Shown here: positions 19,271 through 27,973 of the stretch, in pieces
Position numbering within the stretch: position 1 is the first letter of the stretch
How the letters are laid out: each line of letters begins with the position of its first letter
Virus record (IMG/VR): IMGVR_UViG_3300024265_000049
Location: 1 to 63,004 of that record
Reading direction: 5' to 3' (one strand)
Origin: a virus
Lineage: Duplodnaviria > Caudoviricetes
DNA: 63,004 nucleotides
The notes under the pieces: generated by a model
What the model saw: the letters and a program-made list of their open reading frames with translations, nothing else
Databases searched by the model: none
What the model was told of the DNA's origin: nothing
Made by a program: the position numbers and the translations under genes

Positions 19271-20899
19271 TCACCGACTCAGCCTCCGGTCAGCCAGCTG
19301 TCGATCGATTACCGCCAGTCGTTGATCCAGGTCGCCCATTCCACTTGTGAGCTTCCTCAAGCTCCTCGAGTCGAATCCGTTACCCTTCGCCGGCAACGCA
19401 CTGCCTGAGCCCGAGTTCCTATCGCCGTCGCCCCTGTCGCCTCCGGCGCTGGCTATGCGCAGCAAATCCTCATTCCCCGGGGCCAAGCTGTCAACAATGA
19501 TCCGTCCCCTTGGCACGACATGAGCACTTCCCGCCGCCTTGTCTTCGAGAGCCGGCCAGCCGCCAAGGGCCAAGATTTGATCATTGGTCAAAACCCAGGG
19601 AAACTTCTCGGCAACCCTCAGCTGGAACTCTCGGTCAGTATTGACGAACGGCAGGTGACGGACTACCAGTGTCGGGTCAAACTCGTGCCGGGCGAAATCC
19701 TGGAGAGTGATCTCAAAATCCAATACTAAAGGCGTCATGACCGTAGCAAGGAAAACGAACCGCTCCAGTTCCACACCGGACATCCCAAGCCCCGAATTAT
19801 CGTCATAGTTTGCCAGCATCGACGGAGGGATTCTCAGGTGTTGGCGAACAAATTCCCAAATGAACCGGGAATACTCCGAGGTCTTTGCAGGGTCGAACGG
19901 CTCGCCAAGCTTCTCGATTGCAAACGAATCCTTTACCGGCAACTGGCTGTCACTGTTTACCCTGTGAAAGGCCATACGAAAAAAACGGCCCAGCCCCCGG
20001 TGTTTGCGATCCATGTACCGTTCTTTTTCTATCGGGTCCTCTTCGCCCCTGTAGACCATCATCAGCGGCGGAGAGTTGTTGTTCCTGAAAAACGTTCCTA
20101 CCATGCGGGACATGAACTCAGACCCTTCGACCTCGTCGCCCAGGGCTTGTACGATCCCACGACCACGAGCATAGATATTTCGCGGATCAGGTCTGCTCCA
20201 CTCGAAGATTTCAGACGGATCAACCGGTCCAGCAAAGCCAGCAAGGCGATAGTTTGGGTCTTGCCCGGGTCTCGGAATGCTAATCACCTCAGTAGGTACC
20301 AACGTCAGCGCCTCATCGGGCATGGCACGCGGAGATGTCCTCCCCAGTCGCCAGAAGCTCTCGCCTACCGCGGCATAGTGAACCATCGTCATCCTGCGCA
20401 ATCGCCGGCCACTCCATCTCCTGATATTGCTGGTCAGGATCTTATTGAGGCTTCCGTTAGGGTCTTCAGGCACTAAGTCGCCAGACGCAATCAAGTCGTC
20501 AACAAGATCAAACCGCGTTTCTTTGGCGCCTCGCGGTCGATGAGGGCCACGGGGCAGGGAGCTGGCTGTCATAGCATTGGCAATCACCCCCTTGTTTCGC
20601 GGTCTATAGACTTGGAACGCAACCTCAGAGAATGCGTCGGCATAGACCCCTAAGGGGCCGTCCAGGTACGGAGAGTCCACCAGGAGCTCTAACCATTTGC
20701 GCTTAGACCTTGGCAGGTGCTGAGAAGCCATCGACGACAGCGACACCACCAGCTGCCGGAGAGCGTCCGATTCGGGTTCAGGAGACGCAAACTCGGCCCT
20801 GACGCGCTGAAGGAAACCGTCGTAACCCACGGGGCCGTTCCGGCGAGATGTCCCGCTAGAGCGGCTTGTAGGGCGTTTGAACCATGATCCAATGGACAT
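19271..20899 (-). CDS. portal protein
   Basis: GESFW, RGRG...AL, FFRNN..P and RIPPSML motifs of HK97-type portals. Confidence 0.85.
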   Translation of the reverse strand: MSIGSWFKRPTSRSSGTSRRNGPVGYDGFLQRVRAEFASPEPESDALRQLVVSLSSMASQHLPRSKRKWLELLVDSPYLDGPLGVYADAFSEVAFQVYRPRNKGVIANAMTASSLPRGPHRPRGAKETRFDLVDDLIASGDLVPEDPNGSLNKILTSNIRRWSGRRLRRMTMVHYAAVGESFWRLGRTSPRAMPDEALTLVPTEVISIPRPGQDPNYRLAGFAGPVDPSEIFEWSRPDPRNIYARGRGIVQALGDEVEGSEFMSRMVGTFFRNNNSPPLMMVYRGEEDPIEKERYMDRKHRGLGRFFRMAFHRVNSDSQLPVKDSFAIEKLGEPFDPAKTSEYSRFIWEFVRQHLRIPPSMLANYDDNSGLGMSGVELERFVFLATVMTPLVLDFEITLQDFARHEFDPTLVVRHLPFVNTDREFQLRVAEKFPWVLTNDQILALGGWPALEDKAAGSAHVVPRGRIIVDSLAPGNEDLLRIASAGGDRGDGDRNSGSGSALPAKGNGFDSRSLRKLTSGMGDLDQRLAVIDRQLADRRLSR

Positions 20900-21280
20900 G
20901 GCGAGTTATGGTAGCACAGTTGCGCCGGAAGAGGACGGTTCGCCGCCTCTCTTCTTCTTTGTTGCTACCCCCTGGTCAATCTGCCGTGCAAAGGAATGTA
21001 TTGCTCTGCAGCTCGGCCTCGAGATTGCCGATGATTTCAGCGTCCACCTGGTGGGAATTGCCGGCAATCTCGCCCGCCAACCAGGACTGGATCGGGTCTT
21101 TGGTGATCCGACCTGCGATGGCGGCGAGGGCCGCTTCGCCCTGATGGCTGTCGAGCTCGGGCTCGCGGATTGCCGTCCAGGCTTCGAGTGCGGATGTTCC
21201 ACTGCTCAACCACTCGAAGGGGCTTGCTGCCGAGGCTTCGTTGATTGCGGTCGCTAGATCCACGGCTGCTTGTTCTGGCG

Positions 21281-21832
21281 TCATTGTATCTCCAGTCGTT
21301 GTATGAGCCGCCACAGCAAGATCAGCAGGGCGGGGAGTCCCCCGTAGCTCACGATGGCTACCGTGAAAACGTAAAGGGGCGAGATTGCACCTATAAGCGG
21401 CGCAAGGATCGTGACGCCGAAGACCACGATCCCGAACATCGACACGCGGCGAAAGGTCGCATTAGTGCTCTCCATGGCTGTAAATAGGCGGACAGAGAGA
21501 GCCGCCAGGATTCCCACCAATGTGACCCACTCAGCGACCATAGCCGCCAAGACTACGGCTCGAAGCCCTGGGGCCGCAAGGAGCAACGGGACCGACGAGA
21601 ACATCGAAGCTCCGATCAAGAAGGACCAGCCGAAGAGGCGGAAGAACATCCTGTGTTCGGCCCACAGCCGCCATCCGCCGGCGAGCATCACCAGCGCCAT
21701 CAAGGAGGGCAAGATATGGGGAACGCCACTGGAGTTCGCTCCCGCAAGGCACCCCGGATTCGAGAAGGCGAGAGTGAGGCCGGCCGCAGGTTTCACGCTA
21801 AGAGCCCACGCTCCGGAGACTGCCCATTTCAA
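21281..21832 (-). CDS. multi-pass membrane protein
   Basis: Several hydrophobic segments. Confidence 0.55.
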   Translation of the reverse strand: MKWAVSGAWALSVKPAAGLTLAFSNPGCLAGANSSGVPHILPSLMALVMLAGGWRLWAEHRMFFRLFGWSFLIGASMFSSVPLLLAAPGLRAVVLAAMVAEWVTLVGILAALSVRLFTAMESTNATFRRVSMFGIVVFGVTILAPLIGAISPLYVFTVAIVSYGGLPALLILLWRLIQRLEIQ

Positions 21833-22365
21833 AGCAATTTTAGGAGGTAGGGCCAGAGCTCACGCCCTCCGGCAAAAAGCAGGGCACAGATCGCAAGTCG
21901 CCGATTCGACTGAGCCTTGGCCGTCGTTTCCCGAAGCCGGAGGTCCAGCTCCTTCTGCTCCTGGCGGTATTCATACAGCTTTTCTTTGACCGTGTAATTC
22001 ACCGTAGGCACGCCATTGAGAGCCGTGGCCTGCTCGGCGGCGCTTATTCGTTCGGAGCGCTCGACGGATCGACGACGCCATGTAGTATAGGTGATGCCGA
22101 ATCCGAAACCCGCACCGCCGATCACCATGAAATACACCCACCCGTCGACCACAACCTGATTCCAGCCGAAGAACTCTGGGTGAGAATGTGGGCGAGCGAT
22201 CGGCATTGGCCCGGCCGGCCCGCTCAATGCCGGCGCCCAGGCGGCGACCAAGGCCAGCGCGATTGCCCATCTGGGCCACAGCGTTCGAACCCTCTTCCAG
22301 GTCATCGACGAAAGGGTAAACCATTGTGCCCATCGGGTCAAGCTAACCTCTCGGAAAAACTTCAC
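21829..22365 (-). CDS. membrane protein (holin/antiholin candidate)
   Basis: TM segments plus coiled coil, in the lysis block. Confidence 0.4.
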   Translation of the reverse strand: MKFFREVSLTRWAQWFTLSSMTWKRVRTLWPRWAIALALVAAWAPALSGPAGPMPIARPHSHPEFFGWNQVVVDGWVYFMVIGGAGFGFGITYTTWRRRSVERSERISAAEQATALNGVPTVNYTVKEKLYEYRQEQKELDLRLRETTAKAQSNRRLAICALLFAGGRELWPYLLKLL

Positions 22366-22739
22366 TCACGCTTAACAGTCTGCACTTCTCGACAAAAGCA
22401 TCCTCAGCCAAAACCTGATAATCCCACGCGTGAGCATCTCTAGGGGTAGGCGCTTCCCCGCTCTTGCATCCGTCGAGACCGAGAAAGGCGGCTTGTGAAT
22501 GATTTGGACGAAAGGCGATGGGCGACAGTACGCCGAGCTCCACAAGTTTCAGGCAAGCATCGGAGCAGTCGGCGGGTTCTGGCCTCCGCGTGTTCTCTTG
22601 GACGCAGTTTTGCAGTCGGAGGCCATGGAGAACGTTACCCTTCCACAAAAGGTCCCATATCCCCGGGAACCCATGCGCTATCACGAGGAGTCCTTCTTCA
22701 TGCCTCATGTGTCATGTGTCACCTTCAACCACCCGGGCA

Positions 22740-23408
22740 CTACCGGCGAGATAGCGGCAGCCCAGTTGCGCCTAGATGTTCAAGAACAGAAAAGCAGCAA
22801 TCATAGAGCGCCCATAGAGCAGCAGGATAATCGCCAATATGAATCTCTGGCCCAGCTTCCATCAAAGACTGTACAGCTTCATCAATCGGCGAATCAGTCG
22901 GCGAATCAGTCGGTAAAACATCTGCCCGCACAGAATCTAGTAAGCGGTAGAGCTGGTCACCCGGACATGCGGTCGTCCTGTGGTCGCGGTGCCCCGAAAT
23001 CAGCAATGACTGAATCGAATAGTGAATCGCGCACCACCGACAGAGTTTGACCAGAGCAGCTAACTGGTCTTTGTCAACATGATCGTGGCCCTCTTGGAAA
23101 TTGCCGAGCAAGCAAATACCAATGCGTCTCGAGTCAGCACCTGAAGAATACGAACCGATCGCCGGCAAACCGTCAACCTCGGGACGGCCTTCGCAGATCT
23201 CACCAACTTCGGTTATCAGAAAGTTGTAGCCGACATCGACCCACCCCCAACTCTGGTGATCAATCTGAATCTGCTGTACCGCACCGGAAGACCTCCTGAA
23301 AGGGTCTGCCGAATGGTGGACAATGACACCTTCGGGGGAATGCATCTGAGTAAAACGACCGTTAGGCGGCTTAGCGCCCCACTCGGCACGTTTGATGACT
23401 TTGATCAT
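22740..23408 (-). CDS. N-acetylmuramoyl-L-alanine amidase (PGRP/T7-lysozyme type)
   Basis: RAEWGA, VHHS, W.DVGYNFLI, EGR, GHRD and TACPG motifs. Confidence 0.9.
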   Translation of the reverse strand: MIKVIKRAEWGAKPPNGRFTQMHSPEGVIVHHSADPFRRSSGAVQQIQIDHQSWGWVDVGYNFLITEVGEICEGRPEVDGLPAIGSYSSGADSRRIGICLLGNFQEGHDHVDKDQLAALVKLCRWCAIHYSIQSLLISGHRDHRTTACPGDQLYRLLDSVRADVLPTDSPTDSPIDEAVQSLMEAGPEIHIGDYPAALWALYDCCFSVLEHLGATGLPLSRR

Positions 23409-23452
23409 TTACTCCTTCTCCAGAAATGCCGCTACCATAAGGAGTCCTTCCA

Positions 23453-24253
23453 TCACAGCGCCACCACTTCGCCAACGGCATATTCCCGATCAGACCATTC
23501 TACGAGGACCGCTTCTTTTTCCCGGCGCCTCATGAGACCGTCGAGATTCTTGCCGATCCACAGGCGCCTCATCTCTCGAATGGCAGCTGCGATCTCCGTG
23601 CGTGCAAGCGTTTGAAGAATCCTGCCGGCCGACAGTCGCCTACACGACTCACGGATCTGCCTCATCTCCCGACGTCGCTCCCCGCTCATCGACGTGCCGC
23701 GATTGTATACCAGGCTGAGAAGCGCTCCCTGTGCGTCGGCGGACAGGTGCTCGACGCCGGGGAAGGCTCGGCGCGTCTTCTTAGCATAGTCCGGGAGGGT
23801 GCGCCGGTAGAAGACCTCGCGGGCCGCTTCGAGAGGGATCTCGACATCCCTGAGCAGCCTCGTTGTCCGGAGCCACGTTTCGGCAGCGCCGCCGGTAAGT
23901 CCCGCACAGTCCAGGAGCTCCTCGAGCTCCCACGGCGCGATATACTGCTTCCAGACGGCTTCGATCCGCTGCTTCTGTTTCTGGTGACCGAGATCATAGC
24001 CGATGCCGACCGTCACGCCCGAAGCGCCGCCAGGCCAACCCGGTGCCGTCAACTCGCGCCGATAGTGGGCAGCGCTGCCGATCTCGAACCGCACGATCGC
24101 GGAGATGCTCTTCCGGGACACCAACAGGCTCGACAGGCTCGATGGCACTTCTAGGCCGGCAGCTGTCTCAAACGCTGTCAAAGTGGCCGGCCCAAGGATG
24201 CCGTCTGGCCGAAGGCCATAGTGACCCTGTAGCCGCTTGAGGCGAGTCATCAT
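23453..24253 (-). CDS. muramidase (pesticin/lysozyme-like) with N-terminal PG-binding repeat
   Basis: LQ..YGL.PDGILGPAT; FE..., WPGGASGVTVGIGYDLG, ALLSLVYNRG and GL.RRREKEA. Confidence 0.85.
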   Translation of the reverse strand: MMTRLKRLQGHYGLRPDGILGPATLTAFETAAGLEVPSSLSSLLVSRKSISAIVRFEIGSAAHYRRELTAPGWPGGASGVTVGIGYDLGHQKQKQRIEAVWKQYIAPWELEELLDCAGLTGGAAETWLRTTRLLRDVEIPLEAAREVFYRRTLPDYAKKTRRAFPGVEHLSADAQGALLSLVYNRGTSMSGERRREMRQIRESCRRLSAGRILQTLARTEIAAAIREMRRLWIGKNLDGLMRRREKEAVLVEWSDREYAVGEVVAL

Positions 24254-25281
24254 CAGACCAGAGACCCTTCAAGGTAAAGCCGTTCAAGCTTCGCCATCAC
24301 TCCCCTGCCCAAGTGAGCCCCTACGCGTCCCCTGCCCCTCTTCCACAGCCGAGTCAACAGCCTAGAAACCGGGCGCCAACCCGGAAGATTATGGCGATAG
24401 GGCGGCTTATTGAGGTTGTACTTTGCGACCGCATTCTTGCCGGTATAGACCGTATCCTCACCAGCCACCAGCAACACACCCCCGTGCTTTGCCCATGGCG
24501 GCATATCGGTGATCAGGTCTTGGTAGCCTCGAGAGGTGTTCATGAAGGTGTAGGAGCTCAGGCCATGTGCGACCCCCTGGGTCAGTTGCCACTGCCACGC
24601 CTGACCCGCCCTGTTCCAGAGCTTTGCGGGCTCATATCCAATGACCAGGTCAGGATAAACCGACTCGGTGTAGATCAGCCTTGCGGCCGCCATATGCGCA
24701 AGATCCGCCCCCATTGAGTGGCCGAAAAGAAACAGCTTCCAGCCTCTGGCCTGCAATTCCGCCGCTTGCATAATTACAGGCCACAGTTTATTGACCGGCC
24801 CCTGAAATCCCCAGCCGCACCTGACACCTTTAGGAAGGCAATCGGTGATCACGCTGCCGCTAGCGCCACGCTGCCGGCGCGGTCCTGCGAGATCCGAGTC
24901 CTTGTCTTTCCATTTTCGGAGCACTCCGGCCCTCATGTCGGTGCGAATCCAGTCACGCCAGAACTCACGGCCCTGAGACCCACGAAACGCCATCGCAGCG
25001 GTTCTAGTGCTGGCATGCAGGGCCAAGTACGCTTGAGCCCCAGCGCCCGGAGAGTGGAGATCGGCGACCCATCCAGAAGGCGCTAGCTCCTTCTGGATCT
25101 CCGGCTCTGTCTTGTACGACAGGCGAGCGTGGGCCATGCCGGCTACCAAGTGGGCAGCAGGGTAACCGCCTGACACCGGGGAATGCTTATAGTGCTCCAA
25201 GTGCCGAGGGTTGAGCCAGTCAATTGAGCCGGTCATCTCGCTGATCGTCGGCCCACCTCTCTTCGCTTCAACCTCTACCAC
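24253..25281 (-). CDS. class 3 lipase / alpha-beta hydrolase
   Basis: AFRGS, DW.TD, GHSMG nucleophile elbow, DLIT.MPP and a C-terminal His. Confidence 0.85.
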   Translation of the reverse strand: MVEVEAKRGGPTISEMTGSIDWLNPRHLEHYKHSPVSGGYPAAHLVAGMAHARLSYKTEPEIQKELAPSGWVADLHSPGAGAQAYLALHASTRTAAMAFRGSQGREFWRDWIRTDMRAGVLRKWKDKDSDLAGPRRQRGASGSVITDCLPKGVRCGWGFQGPVNKLWPVIMQAAELQARGWKLFLFGHSMGADLAHMAAARLIYTESVYPDLVIGYEPAKLWNRAGQAWQWQLTQGVAHGLSSYTFMNTSRGYQDLITDMPPWAKHGGVLLVAGEDTVYTGKNAVAKYNLNKPPYRHNLPGWRPVSRLLTRLWKRGRGRVGAHLGRGVMAKLERLYLEGSLV

Positions 25282-25607
25282 TTCGAGACCTCCTCTAAAC
25301 TATCCTTCGGCAACGGCTGAACAATGTAACCAAGTCGCTCAAGACGCTTTGCCGCCTTTTCATCGCGATCGCAGTCGATCTGTAGCGCGCGGGCAATATC
25401 GACCTTTTCGGGTGTCCAGTCGTCGGCATGGAAACTCATACCCTCAGCGTCATCTCGGTAGTCCCACACTCCGCCAAACTTGACGCCTTCTTCGTCAATG
25501 ATAACCTCTAGCGCCATCCCGAGAGGATGGAAATAGAGCCGATTAACATCCGCGAGATACCCCTGATCGCGGAACTCCTTGGGGGAGAGGCGTTTGATTT
25601 CGCTCAT
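25275..25607 (-). CDS. hypothetical protein
   Basis: Coupled ORF starting MSEIKRLSP. Confidence 0.55.
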   Translation of the reverse strand: MSEIKRLSPKEFRDQGYLADVNRLYFHPLGMALEVIIDEEGVKFGGVWDYRDDAEGMSFHADDWTPEKVDIARALQIDCDRDEKAAKRLERLGYIVQPLPKDSLEEVSKW

Positions 25608-26347
25608 TCCTGCCCCGCCTTGCCCCTGTTCAACCTCTCCGCCTTCAGCTGCCGTTCTTCCCTGTCCGCTCGGGCAGTGGTCCATGCCTGATACCGCCCT
25701 GTAAGCCTCAGAGAGTCGATCTGACGGCTTTGGACCTTGGACCGACTCCAGCACCCCTCGATCAATCCCCAGCCGACACAAAGGCCACCTGACTCCACCT
25801 TGGGAGGTTTTCGGCCCCACTCGTACTTGGTCTGGATCGTCACCGGCCACGGGCCAGCCGGGATATCAGTCCCGAAGATTACCGCAGACCCGCGGTCCTC
25901 TTCGATCACCTTGAGACCCCCCAGCGTGGGCACCGCCACAATTGCAGTACGGCGCCAAGCCTCGGCCCCGAGGAACGGCTTGAACCGGCCGCCTGTGGGC
26001 AGATAGTACTGAGCCCCAACAGCGGCGCCGGTAAAATCGACGCTGGGGATCTCCTCGGATCGTGTCTCGCCCTTGCCGATAGCCGCGTTGGCTGTCCAAT
26101 ACAGTCCCCTTGCCGGGCTCGGGACTCGCAAAAAAAGGCCGGCAAACTCGATCTTCCTGACGTCCCCGTCGCTTGTCCCTGCTCCCACAAAGACCCCGGC
26201 GGCAACTCCAGGCAGTTCCTCGCCGTCACAGGCTCGCGGAAAAAGGAACAAGGACAGCCCAGCTATAACGCCCACAACGGCCATCCAGCCCACTGTGGCC
26301 CAAATCTGCCGCCCAACCGCCCGAAGCTCAAACCCGAAAGTGCTCAT
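25604..26347 (-). CDS. outer-membrane beta-barrel-like protein
   Basis: Signal peptide, alternating beta-strands, GAQYYL...RFKPFLGA, terminal L.LTGRYQ. Confidence 0.55.
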   Translation of the reverse strand: MSTFGFELRAVGRQIWATVGWMAVVGVIAGLSLFLFPRACDGEELPGVAAGVFVGAGTSDGDVRKIEFAGLFLRVPSPARGLYWTANAAIGKGETRSEEIPSVDFTGAAVGAQYYLPTGGRFKPFLGAEAWRRTAIVAVPTLGGLKVIEEDRGSAVIFGTDIPAGPWPVTIQTKYEWGRKPPKVESGGLCVGWGLIEGCWSRSKVQSRQIDSLRLTGRYQAWTTARADREERQLKAERLNRGKAGQE

Positions 26348-26901
26348 AGCCCGATTCTGCCTTCGAAGACCATTGCGCCGAACTCCATCGCGTCATTCAC
26401 GGAGAGCAAGCCGGAAAGCACCGCATTTTCTCCGAACGGGTCAGCTCGCAAAGACTTGCGAAATCTTTGCTCATCAGCACGCGCCACAAACCCAAGGCGC
26501 ACGGCAACAGCCGCAACATCGGCAGCACTGACAACTGGAATTGAATAAGACTCACTCGCCACTATGACGCCCTGATCGTCCCGCAATTCCTGGTTGACTA
26601 TATATGTCCCAAATCCGCCCCCGGTAACGTCAACAATTGCCTGAGCGCCAATCGAAACAAGGCGCGAAGCCTGGAACGCCGAGCCAATCGGGGAAAACTC
26701 AAACCGCACCCCGTTTTCGACCACCACGCTCTGTGGATCGCTCGACTGGTCTTGGCAAAAGATGCTCAAAACACCGGCACCATTTTGGCCGCAAGTGGCC
26801 GTAGCCGTAGCAGTTCCCGACCGGGGAGAAGTAGGCGAGTCGCACCCTGGCACCACTAGCAGCAATGCAAAAATCAGCGCCATCTTGAATCCGTCAAACA
26901 T
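26344..26901 (-). CDS. lipoprotein
   Basis: Hydrophobic signal plus VPGC lipobox; AAGGAG RBS. Confidence 0.6.
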   Translation of the reverse strand: MFDGFKMALIFALLLVVPGCDSPTSPRSGTATATATCGQNGAGVLSIFCQDQSSDPQSVVVENGVRFEFSPIGSAFQASRLVSIGAQAIVDVTGGGFGTYIVNQELRDDQGVIVASESYSIPVVSAADVAAVAVRLGFVARADEQRFRKSLRADPFGENAVLSGLLSVNDAMEFGAMVFEGRIGL

Positions 26902-26942
26902 CAGTCTCTCCTTGGTTTCCTGGAATTGTCTATCGTCAAGAT

Positions 26943-27314
26943 CTATCTCACGTATCCTGTACGAATCCCGCTGCCGTCTTTTGGCTCTAGCCTGATTTTC
27001 ACCCGCTTGCCGGGCACTATCTTCGCGAGCTTTTCCCCTTTTTTGAGCGCCTTGAAAGAGAACGCCAGGGGACCTTCGCATGAACCTGGATCAACCCTGA
27101 AAGCTTCCCAGGAAACAATTCTTGTGACGTTACCGACAAGGCCGGGAACGGTAGAACACTTGGCAAAACCCGTGCCAGTGCGAGGCAGGTTCAGCGCGTT
27201 AGCCACTCCCTTGACCGCCGACTGGCTCGTGTCAACGATCGCACGATTGATTGCGCATCCTGGAAGAAGCAGGGCGAACACCAGTAGAGCTACGCAGATA
27301 AAGCTATTCCTCAC
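26943..27314 (-). CDS. lipoprotein
   Basis: Hydrophobic signal plus LPGC lipobox. Confidence 0.6.
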   Translation of the reverse strand: MRNSFICVALLVFALLLPGCAINRAIVDTSQSAVKGVANALNLPRTGTGFAKCSTVPGLVGNVTRIVSWEAFRVDPGSCEGPLAFSFKALKKGEKLAKIVPGKRVKIRLEPKDGSGIRTGYVR

Positions 27315-27579
27315 GTCCTTCTCCTTTTGTCGATTCCAGAATGAAATCACGCACTCGGTCACGGGCCAGCCCGTCCGTTGGCAGTTCGAGGTAGGCCAGG
27401 ATCTTTTCCGCTTTGGTCACGGCTTCCGCCTCCCTGGTCTTGAGCAATACGTCCACAGCCCTGGCTATCACGGCCGAGTCCGATACGCCTCCATGAGCTC
27501 GGCCGTAGGCCCTGACAGCCGACCACTGGGCAAGGCTCAGGCCAATGGATTTTCTTTGAATGTGTTCTTTTGCCGCCAT
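27304..27579 (-). CDS. ribbon-helix-helix-like DNA-binding protein
   Basis: RKSIGLS...W..V...G....SDSAVIARAVD pattern. Confidence 0.45.
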   Translation of the reverse strand: MAAKEHIQRKSIGLSLAQWSAVRAYGRAHGGVSDSAVIARAVDVLLKTREAEAVTKAEKILAYLELPTDGLARDRVRDFILESTKGEGREE

Positions 27580-27973
27580 GGGTTTCCATCCTTGCACCAT
27601 TGTGGGTCAGTGTCAAGAAGATTCTTCTCGGGACTCTTCAAAAGGAGATGTTTCGGCTATCCACTCCTCAAGCCCTGGTGGCCCATGAAGCGGAGACCTC
27701 ACCTCGCGGTCGTAGCACTCGCCATCTTCCGTTGAATGTTGCCGACAAATCGCCGCGCCGCACCGGCGACAATCATTCTCTGCCTTAGCGTCACAATAGA
27801 AGCACGCACTTTCCACAGACCCCGGCATCACTTCGCCTGCGCTTTTGCTGCTATAGCCTGAGCACGGCCGGAATCGAGTTCTCTGATCGCGTCCAGTGCT
27901 TTGTGTAGCTTCACGATCTCAGCAGCATGATGCCTAACGGTGATCACCTCCAGCAACGCCTGATTCGCGGGGG

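Noticed and set aside
22884-22912. Short 12-nt tandem repeat (TDSP-TDSP)
   Set aside because: In-frame linker repeat in the amidase; too short and lacks spacers, so not CRISPR.
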